From an uncultured Ruminococcus sp. (GTDB lineage: Bacteria > Bacillota > Clostridia > Oscillospirales > Ruminococcaceae), in NCBI GenBank assembly GCA_964644275.1, contig CAZXVI010000006.1, forward strand, positions 8,423 through 72,422: 64,000 nt of DNA, read 5' to 3'. Shown one piece after another: positions 36,157 to 44,131 of the stretch; the stretch's first letter is position 1, and each line of letters starts with the position of its first letter. Made by a program: the position numbers and the translations under genes. The notes under the pieces were generated by a model, which saw only the letters and a list, made by a program, of their open reading frames with translations, had not been told where the DNA came from and did no database searches.

Positions 36157-36771
36157 CTATTTCACAAGTCCGAAATTCTTCAGGGGGTACAGACACAGCA
36201 GCACTTTTCCCTCCACAGAATCTTCAGAAATCAGCCCCACATCCGCATAACGGCTGTCCTTAGAAACGCTTCGGTTATCCCCCATGACAAACAGATAACC
36301 ATCCGGGATGGTAATGGGATAGGAAAAGGCTCCGTTCGATTTCGGAACAAAGGTCAATCCGCTGATATACTTCTCATGGAGTGCCTCTCCGTCCACATAC
36401 ACTGTTCCTGTCTCAAAGTCGATATCCAGTTCTTGACCGCCCACAGCAATCACACGTTTCACAATGCTTTTATGCAGTCCATCCTCAAAGTAGACCTGCT
36501 GCTGATCATCCAGCAAAGCTGCCTGCTGGGAATCAATAATAATCACATCGCCGCATGCCGGAGCACCATGTATCTGGGTCACCAGCAGTTTATCATCGGG
36601 CATCAGCGTTGGCTCCATGGAAGTTCCCTGCACTGTTGCAATCCGGAGAACATAGGTAAACAGAAGAATGATGCAGAACACGGTGAGCAATGTCATTTCA
36701 AGCAGATCCAGACATTCCGTAATCAGCTTGTTAATGGTTTTGTTTCTGGAAAAACGTACATATTCCTGCAT
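36157..36771 (-). CDS. lepB: Signal peptidase I
   Basis: GTSMEPTL is the catalytic Ser box, KRVIAVGG the Lys box, followed by VMGDNRSVSKDSR. Confidence 0.9.
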   Translation of the reverse strand: MQEYVRFSRNKTINKLITECLDLLEMTLLTVFCIILLFTYVLRIATVQGTSMEPTLMPDDKLLVTQIHGAPACGDVIIIDSQQAALLDDQQQVYFEDGLHKSIVKRVIAVGGQELDIDFETGTVYVDGEALHEKYISGLTFVPKSNGAFSYPITIPDGYLFVMGDNRSVSKDSRYADVGLISEDSVEGKVLLCLYPLKNFGLVK

Positions 36772-36795
36772 CCTAAGCCTCCAAATACAGCTGCA

Positions 36796-37428
36796 CTACC
36801 CTATCAGTCCTAAATGCTCAAAGGGATAATAACAGAAAATTGCTCTTCCCAGAACATCTTCTTCAGCTACCAGGCCCACACGTTCGTTGCGGCTGTCAGT
36901 TGAATTATTACGGTTATCCCCCATGACAAAGATATATCCATCCGGCACTGTAAATGGATAATCGTCCAGAAATGCACCGTCATCCGTTGTTGTAGGCATA
37001 TTAATATATGCTTCCTCAAGTGCCACTCCATCCACATAGACAATGCCGTTGCGGGCATCAATCTGCACGGTCTGTCCGGCCACAGCGATCACGCGCTTGA
37101 TAATATTCTTATTCAGCGCCTTGCCGCTGCTGACAACTTCGCCGGCATCATTAAAAATATGTCCTTCGTAATTATTGACAATCACGATATCGCCAACTTC
37201 CGGCTCATACATAAAGCGGTACATCAGAAGGTGGTCATTGTTTTCCAGTGTGGGATTCATGGAGCTCCCCTCCACTGTCACCGGTCTGATCAGGTAGGTA
37301 AAGAGAAGCAGTACAACAAAAACGGAGATCAATACTGTTTCAACAATTTCCAATACATCATTAAGAAGTCCCGCAGAGGATGCCGGTGCCTGCCTGGCTT
37401 CCGTCTGCTTCAATTCATTCTGTTCCAT
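36796..37428 (-). CDS. lepB: Signal peptidase I (second tandem paralogue)
   Basis: GSSMNPTL, KRVIAVAG and VMGDNRNNSTDSR are present. Start is ATG 37428 (MEQNEL..) after AAAGGTGG. Confidence 0.88.
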   Translation of the reverse strand: MEQNELKQTEARQAPASSAGLLNDVLEIVETVLISVFVVLLLFTYLIRPVTVEGSSMNPTLENNDHLLMYRFMYEPEVGDIVIVNNYEGHIFNDAGEVVSSGKALNKNIIKRVIAVAGQTVQIDARNGIVYVDGVALEEAYINMPTTTDDGAFLDDYPFTVPDGYIFVMGDNRNNSTDSRNERVGLVAEEDVLGRAIFCYYPFEHLGLIG

Positions 37429-37546
37429 AAGAAACCACCTTTCCTGTCCTGCAAGGACATCAGTGTCAATTTGCATAAATACTGCAACTACCGCACAGAA
37501 CTTATGCAAAGTGATTTTTTTGAAATCTCTGCAGCCTTACGGATAG

Positions 37547-37568
37547 CAAAAAAGGGACAGCCGTCCCC
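37547..37568 (-). terminator. Rho-independent terminator after rplS
   Basis: The minus strand reads GGGAC-GGCT-GTCCC followed by TTTTTT. It is preceded by a 13-bp hairpin at 37582-37612. Confidence 0.6.
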
Positions 37569-37626
37569 TTAGGCGCACACAGTACAAAAACAGCACAATG
37601 CTGCTTTTGTACCGCCGCATGCCGGA

Positions 37627-37971
37627 TTAGCCCAGCTGTTCCTTTACCTTCGCAGCCTTACCTACTCTGTCGCGCAGGTAGTACAGCTTTGCTCTGCGAA
37701 CCTTACCATGTCTTACCAGCTCCACCTTGTCAACGGACGGAGAGTGCAGCGGGAATACACGCTCAATGCCACAGCCGTGTGCTACACGTCTGACAGTAAA
37801 GGTTTCGTTGATGCCGCCATGCTTCTTAGCGATGACTGTACCCTCAAACACCTGAATACGGCTCTTGTCGCCTTCCTGAATCTTTACATGTACCTTTACA
37901 GTATCACCAATGGCGATGACAGGAACATCCTTCTTCAGGCTTTCTTCGCTGATCTTTTTCAATGCATCCAT
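37627..37971 (-). CDS. rplS: 50S ribosomal protein L19
   Basis: 114 aa; [38 protein letters not shown]. Confidence 0.97.
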   Translation of the reverse strand: MDALKKISEESLKKDVPVIAIGDTVKVHVKIQEGDKSRIQVFEGTVIAKKHGGINETFTVRRVAHGCGIERVFPLHSPSVDKVELVRHGKVRRAKLYYLRDRVGKAAKVKEQLG

Positions 37972-38166
37972 GTTCTTTTCCTCCTAAATTTCCGATCCTT
38001 CATTCACGGGGCAAACCGGAGCACTCAGCAAAATGTCCGGCTGCCGATCCCGTCCTTCTCTGGCATTGACTGCCTCTGCGGGGCTCCGTCAGCGGATGGA
38101 TCGATTTAATGTCTTTCGGCATTAACTCTCATCCGGGCACAATTCTCCCGGACGGATTTCAAATGC
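37972..38166 (-). promoter_or_regulatory. Long structured 5' UTR of rplS (L19-leader-like)
   Basis: The leader between the predicted TSS and the rplS ATG is about 195 nt and GC-rich with several stems. Firmicute rplS genes are known to carry an L19 autoregulatory leader. Identity with that family was not verified by a covariance model. Confidence 0.45.
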
Positions 38167-38172
38167 TTTATT

Positions 38173-38201
38173 ATCATAACATATTTCCGAAAAAAATGCA
38201 A
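38173..38201 (-). promoter_or_regulatory. SigmaA-type promoter of rplS
   Basis: The minus strand reads TTGCAT (38201-38196), a 17-nt spacer, then TATGAT (38178-38173) with TGt extended -10. Confidence 0.6.
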
Positions 38202-38207
38202 GTGTTT

Positions 38208-38879
38208 TTAAAAAAATTCTTCTCCGTTGAGGCAAAAAATTTTCTCACGCATTACCGAAGCAATCTGAAACGGCTGTTCTGCGTAACTCCGGAATGCATC
38301 CAGCACCACGCTTACATTGAGATTTCCTTCATTGCCGGCAGGAAGACGGAGGAAAAGCTCCAGCTTTCCGTCTTTTTGATCCAATGATACTACTTCCAGC
38401 ATGGGGCGGATATCCACCTTCTTCATTCCGCGCTTCGTATGCTTTTCTGCTGTAATCACATCCTGTTCCATGAAGTGGTGCCAGCAGGCTTCCAGCGCCG
38501 TCAGATCTTCAGAGAACATAACAATATGGTACAGTGCGCTGCCGATTTCTGCTGCCGTATGCTTCGGCGTTCTGACCTCATGCACCTTCAGTCCCTCCGG
38601 AAGAACCCGGTTCAGCCGATCCTGCACCTCCTGAAAGGGGAGCTCTGCTGTCAGACGCATATCCATCGTTTCACACAGGCTTTCAGCACCGAGAGAAAGA
38701 GCAAGGGAGAACATCAGATACATATGAGGATGAAACCCCTCCGTATACCATGCCGGCAGGCCGGAACGACGGATGGCGCGCTGCATGCAGCGGTTCAGAT
38801 CCAGATGGGAAATGTACTTTGCATTTCCTGTTTTCTCAAATACCACTCTGTAGTCAATACGGTGATCCATCAGAAGCAT
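38208..38879 (-). CDS. Radical SAM-linked protein (TIGR03936/DUF2344 type)
   Basis: YRVVFEKTGNAKYISHLDLNRCMQRAIRRSGLPAWYTEGFHPHMYLMFS is typical of the partner protein of TIGR03960 radical SAM enzymes. The start is ambiguous: ATG 38879, or ATG 38870 overlapping the upstream stop. Confidence 0.8.
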   Translation of the reverse strand: MLLMDHRIDYRVVFEKTGNAKYISHLDLNRCMQRAIRRSGLPAWYTEGFHPHMYLMFSLALSLGAESLCETMDMRLTAELPFQEVQDRLNRVLPEGLKVHEVRTPKHTAAEIGSALYHIVMFSEDLTALEACWHHFMEQDVITAEKHTKRGMKKVDIRPMLEVVSLDQKDGKLELFLRLPAGNEGNLNVSVVLDAFRSYAEQPFQIASVMREKIFCLNGEEFF

Positions 38880-40705
38880 GCACCTCCCAGGCAGGAATTT
38901 GCACCGCAGCCGGAGCATTGCTCCCGGCAGGACGGCGTTGTTACACCCTCATGGGCTTTTTGATTTTCACGGATCAGGAATCGTTTCGATATCAGGTAAT
39001 CCAGGTGATCCCAGGGCATGATCTCCTCATAGGATCTGGTGCGGTTGGCATAGAATGCCGGTGAAATACCGCAGGCTTCAAATGCAGCATACCATTGCTC
39101 TGCATTAAAATACTCATCCCAGCTGTCCAGCTTACAGCCGTTCTTCCAGGCAAGATACAGCACATCGCACAGACGCCGGTCACCTCTGGCAAGCGCTGCT
39201 TCCATGCGGCTCACCTCGGATACATGCATGCTGGCACGGATTTTCTTGGAGGTAATAGCTTTTTTCAGGACTGCCTGCCGGCGGAGAATTTCTTTCTTCT
39301 CCACCTGGGGTTCAAATTCAAAGGGCGTAAAGGGCTTTGGCACAAAAGTTGCAGTACTGATAGAAACCTGTACCTTACCCTTAGCATGGCCGGGAGTTTC
39401 ATAGAAGAGGTTGACCACCTTCTGGGCAAGATCAGCAATACCAATGATGTCCTCATCGGTTTCCGTGGGCAGACCCAGCATGAAATAGAGCTTGACCATT
39501 GTATAGCCTCCTGCAAATGCAATGGCGCAGGTATGCATGACCTCTTCTTCCGTCACATTCTTGTTGATTACATCCCGCAGACGCTGGGTACCGGCTTCCG
39601 GGGCAAAGGTCAGCCCGCTCTTCCTGACGGTCGTCACACGTTCCAGCACATCCTCGGTAAAGTTATCAATTCGCAGGGAAGGCAGGGACATGTTAATATG
39701 CCGTGCATCGGTATACTCCAGAAGATGATCCAGCATGTTCACAATATCGGAGTGATCACTGGTGCTCAGGGATGACAGGGACAGCTCATCATAGCCGGAA
39801 TGTTCACACAGCGTCTCCGCCTGCTTGCATATCGTTTCCGTGGATTTTTCACGGAAGGGACGATAGAGGAAGCCGGCCTGACAGAAACGGCAGCCGCGGA
39901 TACAGCCGCGAAGCACCTCAACAGAAACACGGTCATGGACAATTTCAGTAAAGGGCACGACCACATTGGAAGGATAATAGGACTGGTCCATGTCCGTCAT
40001 GACACGTTTGCATACCACGGCAGGGGCATTATCGTGGGGTGTTACGGATGCAATGGTACCGTCCTCATTGTAGACCACCTCATAGAGAGAGGGGACATAA
40101 ATGCCCTCAATCCGGGCAGCAGCTCTCAGAAATGTACTGCGTGACGCTCCTTCCTCCTTCATTTGTTTGTAGAGATCCATCAGCTCCAGGTTGACTTCTT
40201 CCCCCTCTCCGAGGATGAACAGATCGAAGAAATCTGCCAGGGGTTCGGGGTTGCAGACACAGGGACCTCCGGCAACGACAATGGGCGCCAGTGCCTCCCC
40301 CCTGTCACGGGCAAAAACAGGCACACCTGCCAGATCCAGCATATTCAGGATATTGGTATAGGACATTTCATACTGGAGCGTGAAACCAATGAAATCAAAA
40401 TCCCGGATGGGGTCAAAGCTCTCCAGTCCGTACAGGGGAATATGATCACGGCGCATGATCTCCTCAAAATCCGCCCAGGGTGCAAAAACACGCTCGCACC
40501 AGTAATTCTCCCGTTCATTAATAAGGGAATAGAGAATTTTCATACCCAGATGGGACATTCCCACATCATAAATATCCGGAAAACAGAATGCAAAACGCAC
40601 ATCCACCTGTTCCCGGTTCTTGACAACACTGCCCACCTCTCCGCCGATATAGCGAGCAGGTCTCTGCACCTCCATGAGCACGGACTCAACTTTTGTTCTC
40701 AGCAT
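38870..40705 (-). CDS. B12-binding-domain radical SAM protein (TIGR03960 type), function unknown
   Basis: 611 aa starting ..QRPARYIGGEVGSVVK. The radical SAM cluster motif is RGCIRGCRFCQAG. Confidence 0.85.
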   Translation of the reverse strand: MLRTKVESVLMEVQRPARYIGGEVGSVVKNREQVDVRFAFCFPDIYDVGMSHLGMKILYSLINERENYWCERVFAPWADFEEIMRRDHIPLYGLESFDPIRDFDFIGFTLQYEMSYTNILNMLDLAGVPVFARDRGEALAPIVVAGGPCVCNPEPLADFFDLFILGEGEEVNLELMDLYKQMKEEGASRSTFLRAAARIEGIYVPSLYEVVYNEDGTIASVTPHDNAPAVVCKRVMTDMDQSYYPSNVVVPFTEIVHDRVSVEVLRGCIRGCRFCQAGFLYRPFREKSTETICKQAETLCEHSGYDELSLSSLSTSDHSDIVNMLDHLLEYTDARHINMSLPSLRIDNFTEDVLERVTTVRKSGLTFAPEAGTQRLRDVINKNVTEEEVMHTCAIAFAGGYTMVKLYFMLGLPTETDEDIIGIADLAQKVVNLFYETPGHAKGKVQVSISTATFVPKPFTPFEFEPQVEKKEILRRQAVLKKAITSKKIRASMHVSEVSRMEAALARGDRRLCDVLYLAWKNGCKLDSWDEYFNAEQWYAAFEACGISPAFYANRTRSYEEIMPWDHLDYLISKRFLIRENQKAHEGVTTPSCREQCSGCGANSCLGGACF

Positions 40706-40848
40706 ACTATGCCTCTTTTCTAATCATGAAAGTCTGTGAAAACTCCAGCTATTACAGACTTTCTTATATTATATGGAACGGAGGCTCCTCCAAAGGGCGA
40801 AGCCTCCATCTCTTTTCTCAGAGCCTGTTTCGCAACTTCCAACAGGTC

Positions 40849-41463
40849 TTAACTTTGCGGCAGATAATGTGCAAATCTCTGCCGGTTCTTCTCCGTATTC
40901 CGATAAACAAACGCCGGCTTATTCTGGATTCTCTTATCATGCTTCCAGTAGAACACGATTGCTTCGCCCCGTTTTTCCGCAAGGAGCGGCCGGCAGCGTC
41001 CCATAGCAGCCGAACAGTATCCCCTCTTTGTAATCCATCCAAAGGACAGCAGCACTGCTCCGGTGCAACAAAGGGCTGCCAGACCATAAATGGAGCTGCG
41101 AATACCATCACGGGAATTTGTTTTCTTGTATACGACTTCCCATTGATCAATATATGCTGCTTCTTCTGTCGAACTCCCGAAGGCGCCGTTGATATCCTCG
41201 TACTCCAGAATCACCTGCGCTCCCTGACTCCTGGCCTCAGCAATTACAGCATTTCGTTTCCAGACATCATACGTATAGTTTGCAAACAGGATTCCCGTCA
41301 GCACTGCCATTACTGCAAAGGGCAGCAGGTATTTCAAAGGCTGACAGAATCTGACTGACAGAATGCCGTTTTTCTTAGCTTGTAAATAGGTCCCGATTAA
41401 AGACAGCACCACCCCTGCCATTATGATACTTCCGATGATCAGAAGAATTCTTCCGAGGTTCAT
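40849..41463 (-). CDS. Hypothetical integral membrane protein
   Basis: Start is ATG 41463 (MNLGRILLIIGSIIMAGVVLSLIG) after GGGGAGGGG. There are 3-4 hydrophobic helices. No family recognised. Confidence 0.55.
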   Translation of the reverse strand: MNLGRILLIIGSIIMAGVVLSLIGTYLQAKKNGILSVRFCQPLKYLLPFAVMAVLTGILFANYTYDVWKRNAVIAEARSQGAQVILEYEDINGAFGSSTEEAAYIDQWEVVYKKTNSRDGIRSSIYGLAALCCTGAVLLSFGWITKRGYCSAAMGRCRPLLAEKRGEAIVFYWKHDKRIQNKPAFVYRNTEKNRQRFAHYLPQS

Positions 41464-41502
41464 CGTCACGCCCCTCCCCATGATGACTTCTTTTTTATTT
41501 TA

Positions 41503-42114
41503 TCACATTCCGTCCTGCTTGTCAACTCGAAGCTGCGCTGCTGCAAGATACAGGGATATGAGATATAAAAATGGATTCGGAACATGGAATATGATCAGGA
41601 GAATCAGCAGTCCAGCAGACAGACAGATACAGACCGCCGTTTGTATCCGCAGGAGTACTGGCTGTCCCGACAACAGACAGGCCCATGCACTTCCGCCGTC
41701 CAGCACCCGGTAGGGCAGAAGATTGAACAGTCCCATTGCAAGGTGAAGAAATGCAGTTACACTTCCCCCCCTCCATGCCAGGAGCAATGCTGCCGCTGCC
41801 AAATTCACCGCCGGACCGCTGAGCAGCACTGCCAGTTCCCTTGGCGTTGACAGAAACGGCGTGCGGGTACGGAGCTGCACCCCGGCTCCATAGAGGCGGA
41901 TCTCACGGATTCCGGCACCTGTGGCTGCCATTGCTGCTCCATGGCCAATCTCATGCAGCAGGCAGACGGCAAAGGTTTGCCTGAGCATTTCTGCATTCGC
42001 GCACAGAAACAGCAGCGCAAGCATTGCCGGGAAACCAAAGTCCACCAGAATACGGCATGTACCAATTTTCAGCTCCACTTGCTTTTCAGATACTCCATGA
42101 AACGGGCTGCCCAC
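41503..42114 (-). CDS. Site-2 protease (peptidase M50) family protein, short form without CBS domain
   Basis: HEIGH is the zinc motif in a TM helix, and FNLLPYRVLDGG is the S2P NxxPxxxLDG motif. The start is uncertain: GTG 42114 overlaps the upstream gene, and there is an internal GTG at 42078. Confidence 0.8.
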   Translation of the reverse strand: MGSPFHGVSEKQVELKIGTCRILVDFGFPAMLALLFLCANAEMLRQTFAVCLLHEIGHGAAMAATGAGIREIRLYGAGVQLRTRTPFLSTPRELAVLLSGPAVNLAAAALLLAWRGGSVTAFLHLAMGLFNLLPYRVLDGGSAWACLLSGQPVLLRIQTAVCICLSAGLLILLIIFHVPNPFLYLISLYLAAAQLRVDKQDGM

Positions 42115-42362
42115 TCCTCATCCGGCGCGCTGATTTGCACTGTGAATTGCTCCAAAATTGTTTCATAGAGCTTCGGTTCATAGAGCTTGATGAGAAATAC
42201 CGCTGTCAGCAGCAGAATACATATCACATACTGGGCAAAAAAGACATCGGCACAGCTTTGCTGCTTTCCGGGTCTTTGTGACGCTTCCCGGTGTGAGAGA
42301 ATGGGCGGCTCCCAGGTGCCTTCCGTTTTCTGTTCGGGAATTTCAATGATTGTTTCTTCCAT
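42069..42362 (-). CDS. Hypothetical single-pass membrane protein upstream of the S2P gene
   Basis: Start is ATG 42362 (MEETIIEIPEQ..) after AAGGGGGA. There is one TM helix (VFFAQYVICILLLTAVFLI). The 3' end overlaps the S2P ORF. Confidence 0.5.
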   Translation of the reverse strand: MEETIIEIPEQKTEGTWEPPILSHREASQRPGKQQSCADVFFAQYVICILLLTAVFLIKLYEPKLYETILEQFTVQISAPDEEWAARFMEYLKSKWS

Positions 42363-42454
42363 AATGCATCCCCCTTCGGGACAGTGTATGCAGAATATGC
42401 ATACAAAAGAACCGGGAGCCCGTCGGATCACAGACTCCCGGAAGGATGATGTAG

Positions 42455-42487
42455 ATAACCTCTAAAAATAAGTTTTTAGAGGTTATC
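42455..42487. terminator. Hairpin terminator downstream of spoVM
   Basis: ATAACCTCTAAAAA pairs with TTTTTAGAGGTTAT (about 14 bp) with a short loop, immediately after the spoVM stop. Confidence 0.55.
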
Positions 42488-42488
42488 T

Positions 42489-42575
42489 TTATTCAATGTC
42501 TTCCTTTTTGATATGAAATATCATGCGCAGCACGCTTGCCAGTACCTTCGGACTCTTGATAACAACAATTTTCAT
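42489..42575 (-). CDS. spoVM: Stage V sporulation protein M (28 aa; too short for the ORF track)
   Basis: The minus strand reads AGGAGGGATTACTT-ATG, encoding MKIVVIKSPKVLASVLRMIFHIKKEDIE*. This aligns with B. subtilis SpoVM (MKFYTIKLPKFLGGIVRAMLGSFRKD). It occupies the same position after thiN as in Bacillus. Confidence 0.78.
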   Translation of the reverse strand: MKIVVIKSPKVLASVLRMIFHIKKEDIE

Positions 42576-42617
42576 AAGTAATCCCTCCTGAGGTTTTGGT
42601 ATATTACAGTATATTCC

Positions 42618-43256
42618 TCATACAGGATTTGGTGCATTCTCCGTCCGGATGATAAGCAGTACACCTGTTTCCAGGGAAATTTCCGCACTGTCCCCGATAA
42701 TTTCATTGCTGACGCCCAGCGGAAAAGAGCTGTGCAGTACAGCATTTTCCAGAGGATATTTTACGCCACGTTCCGCTACGCCGGTACACACATCCGTCAG
42801 CGCAAAGACGGAAAGGTACCCGCTGCACTTAGGATACCGGGCTTTTCCCGGCAGCTGGACAGAAATACTCGTTCCGCCGTCATGGAGCACACCGGTCAGT
42901 CCCTGGAGCGCCATATGGTGCAGCATCTGGATATTGGCAATGGAATGATCAAACCGCACCCCCCCAAGGGCGCCGTAGATATGGAATTCCCGGCAGCCAT
43001 GATCCCGGCCGTAATACACAGCCAGCAGGGTATCCGTCTCATCCTTTTCCGCAGGATGGCGCAGAATTCGGCACTCTTCCGGGATTTCGCCGGACAAGGA
43101 ATCAAAGTCCCCTATGAGAATATCGGGACGGATTTTTTGTTGTTTCGCATGGCGGTAGCCGCAGTCCGCACAGATCACTAACGCATCCTCCGGTACACGG
43201 ATTTTGCCGGATACATCTCCTCCGGCTATAATCACACATGATTTCAAAGCTCCCAC
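42618..43256 (-). CDS. thiN: Thiamine diphosphokinase
   Basis: VIIAGGD..ICADCG..PDILIGDFDS..KDETD are TPK-type motifs. Confidence 0.88.
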   Translation of the reverse strand: MGALKSCVIIAGGDVSGKIRVPEDALVICADCGYRHAKQQKIRPDILIGDFDSLSGEIPEECRILRHPAEKDETDTLLAVYYGRDHGCREFHIYGALGGVRFDHSIANIQMLHHMALQGLTGVLHDGGTSISVQLPGKARYPKCSGYLSVFALTDVCTGVAERGVKYPLENAVLHSSFPLGVSNEIIGDSAEISLETGVLLIIRTENAPNPV

Positions 43257-44131
43257 TCCTTTATCTGCCGGGCTTCCTCATACATTTCGCAATAGCTCTC
43301 GTGCCGGCTCTTAGGAATAAGGCCGGCATGCACAGCTTCAATGACAGCACAGCCCTTTTCACACACATGGGAACAGTCATGGAACCGGCAGCCGTCCTTA
43401 TATTCTGCAAATTCTGCAAAACAGTCTGCAAGTGCCTCCTTGCGGATAACGGCATAGCGCTGCGTATCAAAAGTGGAGAAACCGGGGGTGTCCGCAATAA
43501 AACCGCCGCTGCGGAGGGGGTAGAGCTGGACATGGCGGGTCGTATGCCGTCCCCTTCCAAGCTTCTGACTAATTTCCCCGGTGGGGATTTCCAGCGTTTC
43601 ATCCAGAGCGTTGAGCAGGGTGGATTTTCCGGCACCGGAATTGCCGGTCAGCGCACTGACTTTACCAGCAAATGCACGGCGCACCTCCTCCAGACTCTCC
43701 GGGTTCCGGTAATCCACCAGAAGAACGGGAATTCCGATAGAGCTGTAGAGATGCAGGATTTCATCATAAGAAGCCAGATCCACCTTTGTCAGCAGCAGCA
43801 AGGGAGTAATCCCTTTGTACGCAGCAACAGCAATAAATTTATCCAGCAGCCGCAGATTGGGATGCGGCGCACACATGGAGACCACAAAACACAGCTGATC
43901 CAGATTGGCAAGGGGCGGACGGATGATCTCATTCTTTCTCGGAAGCACTTCTGCGATCACCTGCCCATCCAGCAGTACATGATCGCCCACATAGGGCTCC
44001 TGGTCTTTTTTTCGCAGGATCCCCCGTGCAGGGCATTCCATCAATGCACCGTCAGGGGACACTACGGTGTAGAGTCCCCTGACGGATTTGATAATTGTAC
44101 TGTAATCTGCTTCCGTTTGCGGCATGCGCAT
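43244..44131 (-). CDS. rsgA: Ribosome small subunit-dependent GTPase A
   Basis: LTKVDL, GNSGAGKSTLLNAL, DTPGF and the C-terminal zinc site CRFHDCSHVCEKGCAV are present. Confidence 0.93.
   Translation of the reverse strand: MRMPQTEADYSTIIKSVRGLYTVVSPDGALMECPARGILRKKDQEPYVGDHVLLDGQVIAEVLPRKNEIIRPPLANLDQLCFVVSMCAPHPNLRLLDKFIAVAAYKGITPLLLLTKVDLASYDEILHLYSSIGIPVLLVDYRNPESLEEVRRAFAGKVSALTGNSGAGKSTLLNALDETLEIPTGEISQKLGRGRHTTRHVQLYPLRSGGFIADTPGFSTFDTQRYAVIRKEALADCFAEFAEYKDGCRFHDCSHVCEKGCAVIEAVHAGLIPKSRHESYCEMYEEARQIKEWEL

Noticed and set aside
41765-41771. A C7/G7 homopolymer inside the S2P gene, considered as a phase-variation switch.
   Set aside because: Seven residues is short for efficient slippage. 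Single tracts of this length are expected by chance in 64 kb.
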